From: Candidatus Saccharimonadota bacterium
GTDB lineage: Bacteria > Patescibacteriota > Saccharimonadia > Saccharimonadales > Saccharimonadaceae
Assembly: GCF_025273655.1 (NCBI RefSeq)
Contig: NZ_CP045921.1
Location: 840,001-872,000, forward strand
Direction of reading: 5' to 3'
Length of the DNA stretch: 32,000 nucleotides
Each line of letters opens with the position of its first letter. Position 1 is the first letter of the stretch. Positions 15,254-23,234 of this stretch are shown piece by piece. The position numbers and the translations under genes were made by a program. The notes below the pieces were generated by a model. It had not been told where the DNA came from and made no database searches. It saw nothing but the letters and a program-made list of their open reading frames with translations.

Positions 15254-16234
15254 CTATAGCTTTTCCTGCCTCTGTTTGAGCCCATACGCCTGTTGCGTTA
15301 CTGCAAGCAACAAACCGCTATCGTCATAAAGCGCCTCGGTGTCATCCTCACCCATCACTACACCCACTATCGTCACCGGCTGGTTTTCAGCGGTAGTGTA
15401 CTTGGCTGCAAACATAAGACAGCTCCCAGCCTCACCCGTAGTACCAGTTTTGATACCAACCACGCCGTTACTACCTAGTAACTTATTGGTGTTTCTCACT
15501 TCTCCAATCCCCGGGATATCCACCTCTGCTTGACCCACGATACGCGCGATCACAGGACTCGCCAGCGCAGCGATACCAATACGCACCAGCTCCGACGGAG
15601 TACTCACTGTCTGCGGGCTCATACCACTCGCATCTGCCACCACGGTCTTGGTGAGACCCATATTCCGTAACATGGTCTGCGCGTACGATGCATACGCCTC
15701 TTGGGAGCCAAACGTCTTATCAATAAGTGTGTCCGCCATATTGTTTGCAGACACCATGAGCATCAGCTGTAGCGCTTCGAGCTGAGTCACCTCCATACCC
15801 TCATACACCGGCACTACGGACCCTCCTGCGGACATATCTTGAGTATAATGCGCAACATCGTGGGCAGTAAGTACGTACTTCTCGCCGGTCTGCCCGGACT
15901 GGATCGGTCGCTTCTTAAGAATGGCGAGTGCAGCGATTACCTTTGCCATACTGGCCGTGGGTTGTGACACTTCATCGCTAGCCGATCGAGCAATGATGCC
16001 ACTGCTAGTACTCCCTATTGCTGCCGACGCGGTCGCCGGCCACGCAAGCTCTACGTCATCGGCAAGCTGCACGGACGCTTCAGGCTTCTCGACAGAGACG
16101 GGTGCTCCACCGAGCAACGAAACATGCTGCGCAAACCCTAGCCCGACGATCACAACCAGCAATATGCCAATGATAGAGCCTGCGAGGACTCTACGGCGAT
16201 ATGCTTGCTTTCGTTGACTACTTTGCGTCTTCAC
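15254..16234 (-). CDS. D-alanyl-D-alanine carboxypeptidase (peptidase S11, PBP5/6-like), N-terminally membrane anchored
   Basis: SxxK (ASMAKV), SxN (VSANNM) and KTG (IKTGTT) motifs occur in the correct order and spacing. N-terminal TM segment LAGSIIGILLVVIVGLGF. GTG start 19 nt after the LOG stop. Confidence 0.85.
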   Translation of the reverse strand: MKTQSSQRKQAYRRRVLAGSIIGILLVVIVGLGFAQHVSLLGGAPVSVEKPEASVQLADDVELAWPATASAAIGSTSSGIIARSASDEVSQPTASMAKVIAALAILKKRPIQSGQTGEKYVLTAHDVAHYTQDMSAGGSVVPVYEGMEVTQLEALQLMLMVSANNMADTLIDKTFGSQEAYASYAQTMLRNMGLTKTVVADASGMSPQTVSTPSELVRIGIAALASPVIARIVGQAEVDIPGIGEVRNTNKLLGSNGVVGIKTGTTGEAGSCLMFAAKYTTAENQPVTIVGVVMGEDDTEALYDDSGLLLAVTQQAYGLKQRQEKL

Positions 16235-16252
16235 CCCAACCCCATCGTACGC

Positions 16253-16825
16253 TTATCTCGGAGCCATCGTAGTCACATTTCCAAGCAACAGTATAGCCTC
16301 ATTCGGACTCTCGACAAACGTCACAAATTCATCGAGCGACCTTATTGCTAGATGTGTATTCTCGCCAGCACGAAGCATGTTTTCGTTTGCGATACGTTCG
16401 AGCTGCATGCGAAAACCGTCGTAGAAGCCATCTGTGTTGAGGACAATGATCTGCTTGTCATGGTGCCACTGACGCTTGAGCTCAATAAGTTCTGTCAGCT
16501 CGTCGAGTGTCCCAATACCACCTACCAAGACAAGTATCACATCCGAGCGCTCAAGCATCGCAGCTTTGCGCTCGCCCAGTGTCTTAGCCATGATCAGTTC
16601 ATCGACCCCACGATGAATGCTCGCAGAGTACACCGAAAGCGTCACGCCAGTGACGCGAGCACCACCTGCCTGCATCACACGCGCCATCCGACCCATCAGT
16701 CCGTGACTTGAGCCACCATAGACGAGCTGATGTCCACCGGCGGCCAGCTGGTCGGCTAAACGTGTAGCGGGATGTGTATACTTCTCCGGCAGCTCGTTTG
16801 ACGAACAAAAAAGGCAGATATTCAT
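16253..16825 (-). CDS. LOG-family protein (TIGR00730; cytokinin riboside 5'-monophosphate phosphoribohydrolase-like)
   Basis: LVYGGSSHGLMG and VGGIGTLDELTE (the PGGxGTxxE motif) are present. The start was moved to ATG 16825 (MNICLFCSS). TATGAT (16832..16837, minus strand) lies 6 nt upstream. Confidence 0.85.
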   Translation of the reverse strand: MNICLFCSSNELPEKYTHPATRLADQLAAGGHQLVYGGSSHGLMGRMARVMQAGGARVTGVTLSVYSASIHRGVDELIMAKTLGERKAAMLERSDVILVLVGGIGTLDELTELIELKRQWHHDKQIIVLNTDGFYDGFRMQLERIANENMLRAGENTHLAIRSLDEFVTFVESPNEAILLLGNVTTMAPR

Positions 16826-16898
16826 GCTCTTATCATACCAAATTTTATCGTAAATTTGACACATCTTTATAATAATTCTATAAAAATATCAAATTTTA

Positions 16899-16907
16899 TG
16901 CTACAAT
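16899..16907 (+). promoter_or_regulatory. extended -10 TGCTACAAT, 7 nt upstream of GTG 16915
   Basis: Exact recurrent 9-mer in the divergent intergenic region shared with the LOG gene. Confidence 0.5.
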
Positions 16908-16914
16908 AGGCTCC

Positions 16915-18519
16915 GTGAACCAAGACTCTCAGCTGAATCAGCTCGGCGCCCAGCTCGTTGATTCGCTCACCCGTATCGACGCGTACGAATCAGACGTACT
17001 TGCTCGTCGTGACAAAGAAACAATCCACATCCCCACGGTTGGCAGCAAGCTCTCAACAGCATATGAGCAGCTCCGTAATGCCTCCGAATACGCCGAAGAC
17101 AACCTGTTGCGCCAGCGTGCTATTCGCCGTTATCTTCGCCGCGTTCTGTCGTTTCATGAACATATCGGCACCAAGCCTTTTGCCGAAGAACTCGTCACCG
17201 AACTTACCCAGTCTGAATATCTACCAAATGATCACATTACTAAAAGCGACCTCAAGGCAATCTCTGAGCACATCAAGCACTACTACGGTGCATATTGGCA
17301 GTACGTCAAAATCGAATCAAGCAGCGGCAAACGTCTGCGCTTTCAGGGATGGATGCTTGACGTTCTGAGTGTTCGCTGTGAACAAGTACTGCAAAGCAAT
17401 ATCCGCCAGCTATCGTTTACACACTTTGCCTACACTTATCTGCAACCAAAACTGAGCGTCAAAAAGCTCGTGCGCAGCGGCGAGTCGATTGATGAGCAAG
17501 ACTATTCACTTGTACTCTATATCGCCATTCAGCGGGCCATCCTCAAATCAGACAGTGCCTCGATTCGCGCCGCGCTCATCGATAGCTATCGCCAAGATAT
17601 TGGTCTCATCCACAATTTTGAAGCGTTCAATGCGAAGTTTGATCAGCTCTACGATAGCAAGACAGTCGCCTACACTAGCCGCATTGTGAGTCGCAACGGT
17701 GCCACGCTCCGCATGCTCTACACAGGATTTTATACACATGACGCGCCGATCTCTCCGCAGGCGTTCAAAACAGAAGATAGCCTAGAATATGCCTTACGCC
17801 AGCACGTCGAGAAAGAATACGATGACCTAAACAAGCGTCTCGACAAAGGCATTCTGCGCAGTATCGCATTCCTACTTATCACCAAAAGCATCATTGGCCT
17901 CGGCGTCGAGGTACCCTACGATCTGTTTGTCGAAGGACACATTCTGTGGATGCCACTTGTTATCAATCTCTTCTTCCCGGCCGTCTTCATCGCCATTTCC
18001 CGCCTCACCCTTTCTACGCCAACTGGTCGCAATACCGACGCAATCATCGCCCATACCCGCCACATTTTGTACGAAGACCTCAGCGAAAACTCTGCTTCAT
18101 ATGCCATTCGTACCCCTCGCGCGACACCATCGGTCGGATTCAACCTCCTATATGCAGTCATGTTCATACTCGTATTTGGAGCACTCTCATATATACTCTT
18201 CCAACTCAAATTCAACATTGTACAAGGTATCATCTTCTTCGTTTTCTTGTCGACAGCTAGTTTTCTGGCATTTCGCTTATCCAACCAAATCCGCGAAATC
18301 GAAGAAGTCCATCTCTCGCAGGGATCACTTGCACTACTGCGTGATATCCTATACATGCCGTTTATCTACGTCGGACAACAAATTTCATTCCGTTATAGCA
18401 AGATTAATATTGTTGCCAACATCCTCGACATCTTGATCGAGCTACCCCTTAAGACCGTCTTGCGTCTCGCACGTCAGTGGACACAATTCCTCAACAGCAA
18501 AAAAGACGAATTGATCTAG
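16915..18519 (+). CDS. hypothetical membrane protein (about 320-aa soluble N-terminal region plus about 4 C-terminal TM helices)
   Basis: Long ORF with a GTG start and no in-frame ATG nearby. Hydrophobic segments include IAFLLITKSIIGLGV, ILWMPLVINLFFPAVFIAI, LLYAVMFILVFGALSYILF and IIFFVFLSTASFLAF. No family recognised. Confidence 0.6.
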   Translation: MNQDSQLNQLGAQLVDSLTRIDAYESDVLARRDKETIHIPTVGSKLSTAYEQLRNASEYAEDNLLRQRAIRRYLRRVLSFHEHIGTKPFAEELVTELTQSEYLPNDHITKSDLKAISEHIKHYYGAYWQYVKIESSSGKRLRFQGWMLDVLSVRCEQVLQSNIRQLSFTHFAYTYLQPKLSVKKLVRSGESIDEQDYSLVLYIAIQRAILKSDSASIRAALIDSYRQDIGLIHNFEAFNAKFDQLYDSKTVAYTSRIVSRNGATLRMLYTGFYTHDAPISPQAFKTEDSLEYALRQHVEKEYDDLNKRLDKGILRSIAFLLITKSIIGLGVEVPYDLFVEGHILWMPLVINLFFPAVFIAISRLTLSTPTGRNTDAIIAHTRHILYEDLSENSASYAIRTPRATPSVGFNLLYAVMFILVFGALSYILFQLKFNIVQGIIFFVFLSTASFLAFRLSNQIREIEEVHLSQGSLALLRDILYMPFIYVGQQISFRYSKINIVANILDILIELPLKTVLRLARQWTQFLNSKKDELI

Positions 18520-18525
18520 GGGAGA

Positions 18526-21231
18526 CTAGCTCGAAGCTTTAAAGATGATGTTGTTAGTGGTGTAGAAGTCATCATGGCTATTCGGAATCGTGTCCTCATC
18601 CCAGCATTGGCGCGAACCAGACATACTCGCGAGCACCGCGCATGCCATCGTATAGCCACGGAAATATTTCATCATTTCGCTACTGTCATCCATGCATTTT
18701 TTGCCCGTATACCACTCTTGGTCAGCCGTACTGCCCCAGCCCAGCGCATAGTAACTTTCTGGCTTTTCTTCATCATCCGGTTTCTCGCGTAAGCCACTAC
18801 GGTTATCCGAAGTACGGCGCCCCTTCTCGTCGACTGGGTCTTCAGCATATTTGGGATCCTGTTCATCCACCGCCATGCCAATACCACCCCAGGGATCTTG
18901 GCGATTAACACAATATTGCATAAATTTGGCATATTCGGTGTACTTGTTCGGCTTGCCTGTCGCAGGGTCAACATACGCTGCTGCTGCACCGTCCCGTGCT
19001 TGCTTTTTCATACGCTCGCCGCGCTCTGGGTCTGCACTTGTATCACGCGCATTTACTTCGGAAAGTGACTTCTGGGCATTGTCTGGATGAGGTTTCGTCA
19101 TGTAGTCGAGGATTTCAGATATATCGAGGCTTAGCTCCTGGGGTGTCATAGAGTAACGTATATTACACGCAAAGTCTGGATTGATCTCTATATCGAGGTC
19201 GCCCTGAATACCGCATACTGTCGCAGGCTGCATACGCGTCACCTGAAAATGAGATGGCTGTGTATAGAGCGCACTGACGCCAGTCTGCAGGACACCATTA
19301 GCAGCAAGTGGCAACGACGAAAGTAGGGTCGACACACCTCCTTGCCAAGAACCAGATGGCAATGCGGTACCAGCCGGTGCAAATTTCGCTACCACACTCC
19401 CCACGAAGCTATAGGGATTTGTTGCGTCCCAAGGAGTGCTGCGCGCCGCAATTCGCTCCTCATTCTCCAGTTTCTCTTGTAATAGCTGCGCCTGGGTCAT
19501 ATATACAGTCATGCTGGCTATATTTGCCGGGCGCATGCCAAGTGACTGCGCCCTATCGCCTAGTAATGTACCCGTACCTGCAAAAATAATATTTTGCGCC
19601 TGTATACCAGTGGTGGACGCACTAAATCGCTGCGATTCAGCCTGTGCCGCAATTCGAATACGCTCGGGGAGTGTTGCCGTGGCTTCTGTTCGAGTAGCCG
19701 CTTTCACGAGCTCCACTACAGATTTCACAGATGCCGGGCACATGATACGCTCTATTAAGTCTTTGGCAGCCCCAATTACACCACCAGCTGCCACCCCAAT
19801 ATAGCTCGCAAGTGGCATCGACGCAGGTGACCAACACAAGCCACTTTGCTCGGTTGCCATCTGCGCACCGCTCATTCCCTCAGAACAGAGCCCGTGGGCA
19901 GTTCTATCACGAGCTCCGTTTTGGACAATATTGCTTGTCAGCGCTAGTTTCAGGTACTCTGTTCCTGGTACCGAAGGTGCGCCCGGCTTAAGGATCCCTA
20001 GCAGTAGCAATGGCGTCAATTCGGTCAATATCGTAGCCCGATCCTTGATCGACTCGCCAAGTGCAGGCACACGATAGGTGTCGGCGTCCATAGCATTTTT
20101 GCCATTAGAGTTTGCCTTTGTCAGTTTGTTCGCGAGCGACTCTACGGCAATTTCTCCGTCGATGGGGGAACCCGCCTTGAGGTCATCGGCTACAGCAAGA
20201 TAATTCATAGCATACCGAGCCGTCGACACGACTTTGGCTCGCGCCACAGCATTTTCTGCCAAGTTGCCGTAAGTAGCATATGAACAGGCCAGAGAAAGAT
20301 GAGTATTCGCCTTCGCTTCTAGATTGGTATAGATTTTTGTCCTCCACGAATTGGACATTTCACTCAAGCTCGCAAGACTATAGATTCCCCGTCCATTTTC
20401 ATCGATTGCGTCCTGTGTATCTTGCGCATTTGTAGCTGCATTTTCCACATCGTCACTGAAGTCATTGTATCGGGGATCGCCGTGCGCAACGCGTTCGTCA
20501 AACGCTGCATCAAACTTCTCTACCGTATCTCCATGGAGCGTATTGTCTTGCTCAATACCAAACTTACTGAGCAGACGATCAAAGAACTGCCTGTCCTGAT
20601 AAATACCCGTGCGCGAACTATAGACTTTGTTCATCAGATCATCGGCACTATGATTATTCTTGCGTACTGCGTTAAGTGTCGTCGCATCAACCGCCGCACC
20701 CCCGCCATTTGGAAAAATCAGCGAGGATACATTGTAGCGCTTATTTGTCGCCTGGCTTGAAGTCAGGATAAATCCATAGCGTTCAAATCGTTCCTTGAGC
20801 ATAGGGCTCATAGTTTGGAATTTACATTTGATTGTCTTTTCACCGCAGCCTGCGCCGAGCTGTCCACCCAATACTTTGTTGGAATACGTATAGTACGCAT
20901 AGAGGCCGTCATTGAGATCGTTGGTCAATTGCTCTTTGTCATTGATCAGTAATACCATGGGTGAAATAAACAGTATACCAGTCACTGCCAAAATAAACAC
21001 AGCACAGACAAAGAGGACTGAACTCACATGCCCAGTATGAACTTTTTCGGTATAGTGAGTTTCGGTATCGACGTGCGTCTTCTTCTCGACCTCTTCCTTA
21101 TGAGTAACAGTCGTAGTACCACCGGTACCACTTGACTCAAGTCGTTTAAGCATAGACTGTGACTCACTCAAATCTCCCGTATCGTCCCGGTTGGCAGACG
21201 AGTTGTTGAGCTGCTGGTTGTTTTCCGGCAT
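18526..21231 (-). CDS. large N-terminally anchored extracytoplasmic protein (4th gene of the Clp-like membrane operon)
   Basis: 901 aa from ATG 21231 (TTG 21234 is also possible). About 70 charged N-terminal residues are followed by one TM segment (VSSVLFVCAVFILAVTGILFISPMVLL) and an ~800-aa domain with several Cys. The start overlaps the upstream stop (TGATG). No family recognised. Confidence 0.7.
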   Translation of the reverse strand: MPENNQQLNNSSANRDDTGDLSESQSMLKRLESSGTGGTTTVTHKEEVEKKTHVDTETHYTEKVHTGHVSSVLFVCAVFILAVTGILFISPMVLLINDKEQLTNDLNDGLYAYYTYSNKVLGGQLGAGCGEKTIKCKFQTMSPMLKERFERYGFILTSSQATNKRYNVSSLIFPNGGGAAVDATTLNAVRKNNHSADDLMNKVYSSRTGIYQDRQFFDRLLSKFGIEQDNTLHGDTVEKFDAAFDERVAHGDPRYNDFSDDVENAATNAQDTQDAIDENGRGIYSLASLSEMSNSWRTKIYTNLEAKANTHLSLACSYATYGNLAENAVARAKVVSTARYAMNYLAVADDLKAGSPIDGEIAVESLANKLTKANSNGKNAMDADTYRVPALGESIKDRATILTELTPLLLLGILKPGAPSVPGTEYLKLALTSNIVQNGARDRTAHGLCSEGMSGAQMATEQSGLCWSPASMPLASYIGVAAGGVIGAAKDLIERIMCPASVKSVVELVKAATRTEATATLPERIRIAAQAESQRFSASTTGIQAQNIIFAGTGTLLGDRAQSLGMRPANIASMTVYMTQAQLLQEKLENEERIAARSTPWDATNPYSFVGSVVAKFAPAGTALPSGSWQGGVSTLLSSLPLAANGVLQTGVSALYTQPSHFQVTRMQPATVCGIQGDLDIEINPDFACNIRYSMTPQELSLDISEILDYMTKPHPDNAQKSLSEVNARDTSADPERGERMKKQARDGAAAAYVDPATGKPNKYTEYAKFMQYCVNRQDPWGGIGMAVDEQDPKYAEDPVDEKGRRTSDNRSGLREKPDDEEKPESYYALGWGSTADQEWYTGKKCMDDSSEMMKYFRGYTMACAVLASMSGSRQCWDEDTIPNSHDDFYTTNNIIFKASS

Positions 21232-23234
21232 CAATGTAACCGTACGTCACCTGACATTACATCACTATCACTCGGGGTTTTTGGTATGAGACCCGCTTCA
21301 CGCATATCTTCTTGTTGGGCAAGTGCGTCTTGTGCCCCCGCCACATATTTCGCTGCACGAGTTTTTGCAAGCAGTTCATTACTGTTTTGAGAAGGCCGAC
21401 GTGGCGCGAAACCAGTACCACTAGCCAGTTGTGCATCACCTGTGCCGCCAGAGGATGGCTGTGCAGCTTGCACGATAATCGTCGCACCCCCCGTACTCGC
21501 TTGTGTGGCACCTCCTCCAGTAGATGGCGCAACCGTCATCGCTGACGCTGTCACACCACCAGTTGTCGGAGCGTGATAAGGGTCAGGTGGAGGCGTCTGA
21601 GCGTTACCTCCGGAAGACTTACCATCACGGTTGAGAGAGCTAATACCAGCTGCTTTCTTATCTTTCTCGTCGGACTGACTATCTTTGCTGCCCTTCTGCT
21701 GTTCTGCTCCGGGCGTTGATGCAACACCTACACCCTTGCCGAGGCTCTCAAGCAAAAATGCTTCCGATGCCTTGAGCTCGATTCCTTCGTAGCTATTGAT
21801 ATTCACACCGTCACTTCCAGCATCCCCATTCATACGATCCTGATAGCGCTGCAGCGCCTGTGAATACAGCTCCTGAGGTGAGCGACCAGCTTCCGAGCCG
21901 CCTCGTAGCTCACTGAGACGTTGCTGCACCTGCGAGTCAAACCTAGCTTGTTCGGGAGTTTTTGTCTGATGTTTGCCTCTTCCTCGATACGCCCCACCGA
22001 CACGTCCAAATATTGACGCATTGCTTTCACCATCTTTGGCAACGTTCAGCTGCTGCAAACGATTAATACCCCTGAGCATCATAGACTTTTTGTTCATATC
22101 CATAGCGGTCTGCTCACGCTTCTTGGCTTTTTCGTCACGCTCACGCGAACTACGGCGTAACCCATCACGCGACACGCGAGCACCAGCTGCATCGATAGCA
22201 TTTGTCGCGGCCTTGAAAGCATACCACGTTCCCACCAGTGGCAGTACCGCAGCTCCCGCAGCTACAAGATAAAGCGTTGCGCTCTGCTGGCCTGCAGGCT
22301 TAAGCGCGATTGTGTCGTTGTCAACCTGATAATCACTTCCGCCAGCCTTGATAATAGATGCGCTCACAATCTGACCCGCACCTATAAGAAAAGAGATGAT
22401 TGGAAACAGTAATAACATATGCAAAAACAACTTGAGCCACCTAGAGAAGTAATCTGACGTATTAGGTAGTAGATAAGCGAAAAAGGCAAGTGGCGCCAGT
22501 AAAATTAGCATCACCACTAACGCCTTGCGTACGATAAGCACGATAATCAGTGCAGAACAAATCACAGTCGCAGACATTACAACAGCAGTCAGAGGTGCGA
22601 GTAGCACCCAAGCAACTTCATTTTTCGAAATCACCCCAGACGTAATATCGGCAAGTGGGCTGACATCATATGTACCAGGGGAACTTGCGAGCGGCATAGC
22701 GGAGGCACCGATGTTCTTGGCAACACCGTCTACCAAAAGTTGCTGTATACCTACACCTAACAAATTCGATAGATCAACCATGATCTGACAGATATAGTAA
22801 GACAGGTTAACAAAAATAACCGCAAGTATGAAGCGCGGCACCAAACGCTTAAGGTTATAATTGCCGATACCACGCCCAGTAATCAGGGCATATACGATAT
22901 AGAGAAACGCGATTACAAATAGCACGTTGGCAATCGTGCGCATGATAGCGCCCGCCTGTGCGGCACCACTTTGCGTATTGTAAAACGACACTTCTACCTT
23001 CAAGAAGTTTTGAGATACAAACGTAAACGCATAGTCGCCCGCGACAGAAGTCGCGCGCAGTACTGGGCAAATAATCCAGCCCATGTTGTCATAAGCACAG
23101 GTCGAGACCGATCCTTGGCTCAGTAGCGATGGGATTCCGGTAGTAGAGACAGCTCTCGCTGTGCCCCCAACAAGGCTTACAGCCAGTACAACGGTAATCA
23201 GCCCGGCAACGATGAGACTCCAGAGCCGTTTCAT
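21231..23234 (-). CDS. polytopic membrane protein (about 7 TM) with an ~320-aa low-complexity C-terminal tail (3rd gene of operon)
   Basis: Signal-like N-terminus MKRLWSLIVAGLITVVLAVSLVGGTARA, multiple hydrophobic helices up to about aa 340, then a K/R/E- and G/S/T/P/Q-rich tail. GGAGG lies 8 nt upstream. An ATGA overlap links it to the Clp-like gene. The topology is reminiscent of VirB6/TrbL, but I cannot verify that. Confidence 0.7.
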   Translation of the reverse strand: MKRLWSLIVAGLITVVLAVSLVGGTARAVSTTGIPSLLSQGSVSTCAYDNMGWIICPVLRATSVAGDYAFTFVSQNFLKVEVSFYNTQSGAAQAGAIMRTIANVLFVIAFLYIVYALITGRGIGNYNLKRLVPRFILAVIFVNLSYYICQIMVDLSNLLGVGIQQLLVDGVAKNIGASAMPLASSPGTYDVSPLADITSGVISKNEVAWVLLAPLTAVVMSATVICSALIIVLIVRKALVVMLILLAPLAFFAYLLPNTSDYFSRWLKLFLHMLLLFPIISFLIGAGQIVSASIIKAGGSDYQVDNDTIALKPAGQQSATLYLVAAGAAVLPLVGTWYAFKAATNAIDAAGARVSRDGLRRSSRERDEKAKKREQTAMDMNKKSMMLRGINRLQQLNVAKDGESNASIFGRVGGAYRGRGKHQTKTPEQARFDSQVQQRLSELRGGSEAGRSPQELYSQALQRYQDRMNGDAGSDGVNINSYEGIELKASEAFLLESLGKGVGVASTPGAEQQKGSKDSQSDEKDKKAAGISSLNRDGKSSGGNAQTPPPDPYHAPTTGGVTASAMTVAPSTGGGATQASTGGATIIVQAAQPSSGGTGDAQLASGTGFAPRRPSQNSNELLAKTRAAKYVAGAQDALAQQEDMREAGLIPKTPSDSDVMSGDVRLH

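Noticed and set aside
21231-23234. Calling the 667-aa polytopic protein a VirB6/TrbL type IV secretion component, and the operon a T4SS.
   Set aside because: Only the general topology resembles VirB6 (signal-like N-terminus, multiple TM segments, long C-terminal tail). I cannot verify homology without a profile search, and the window has no VirB4, VirD4, VirB8 or relaxase genes. It is kept as an alternative hypothesis only.
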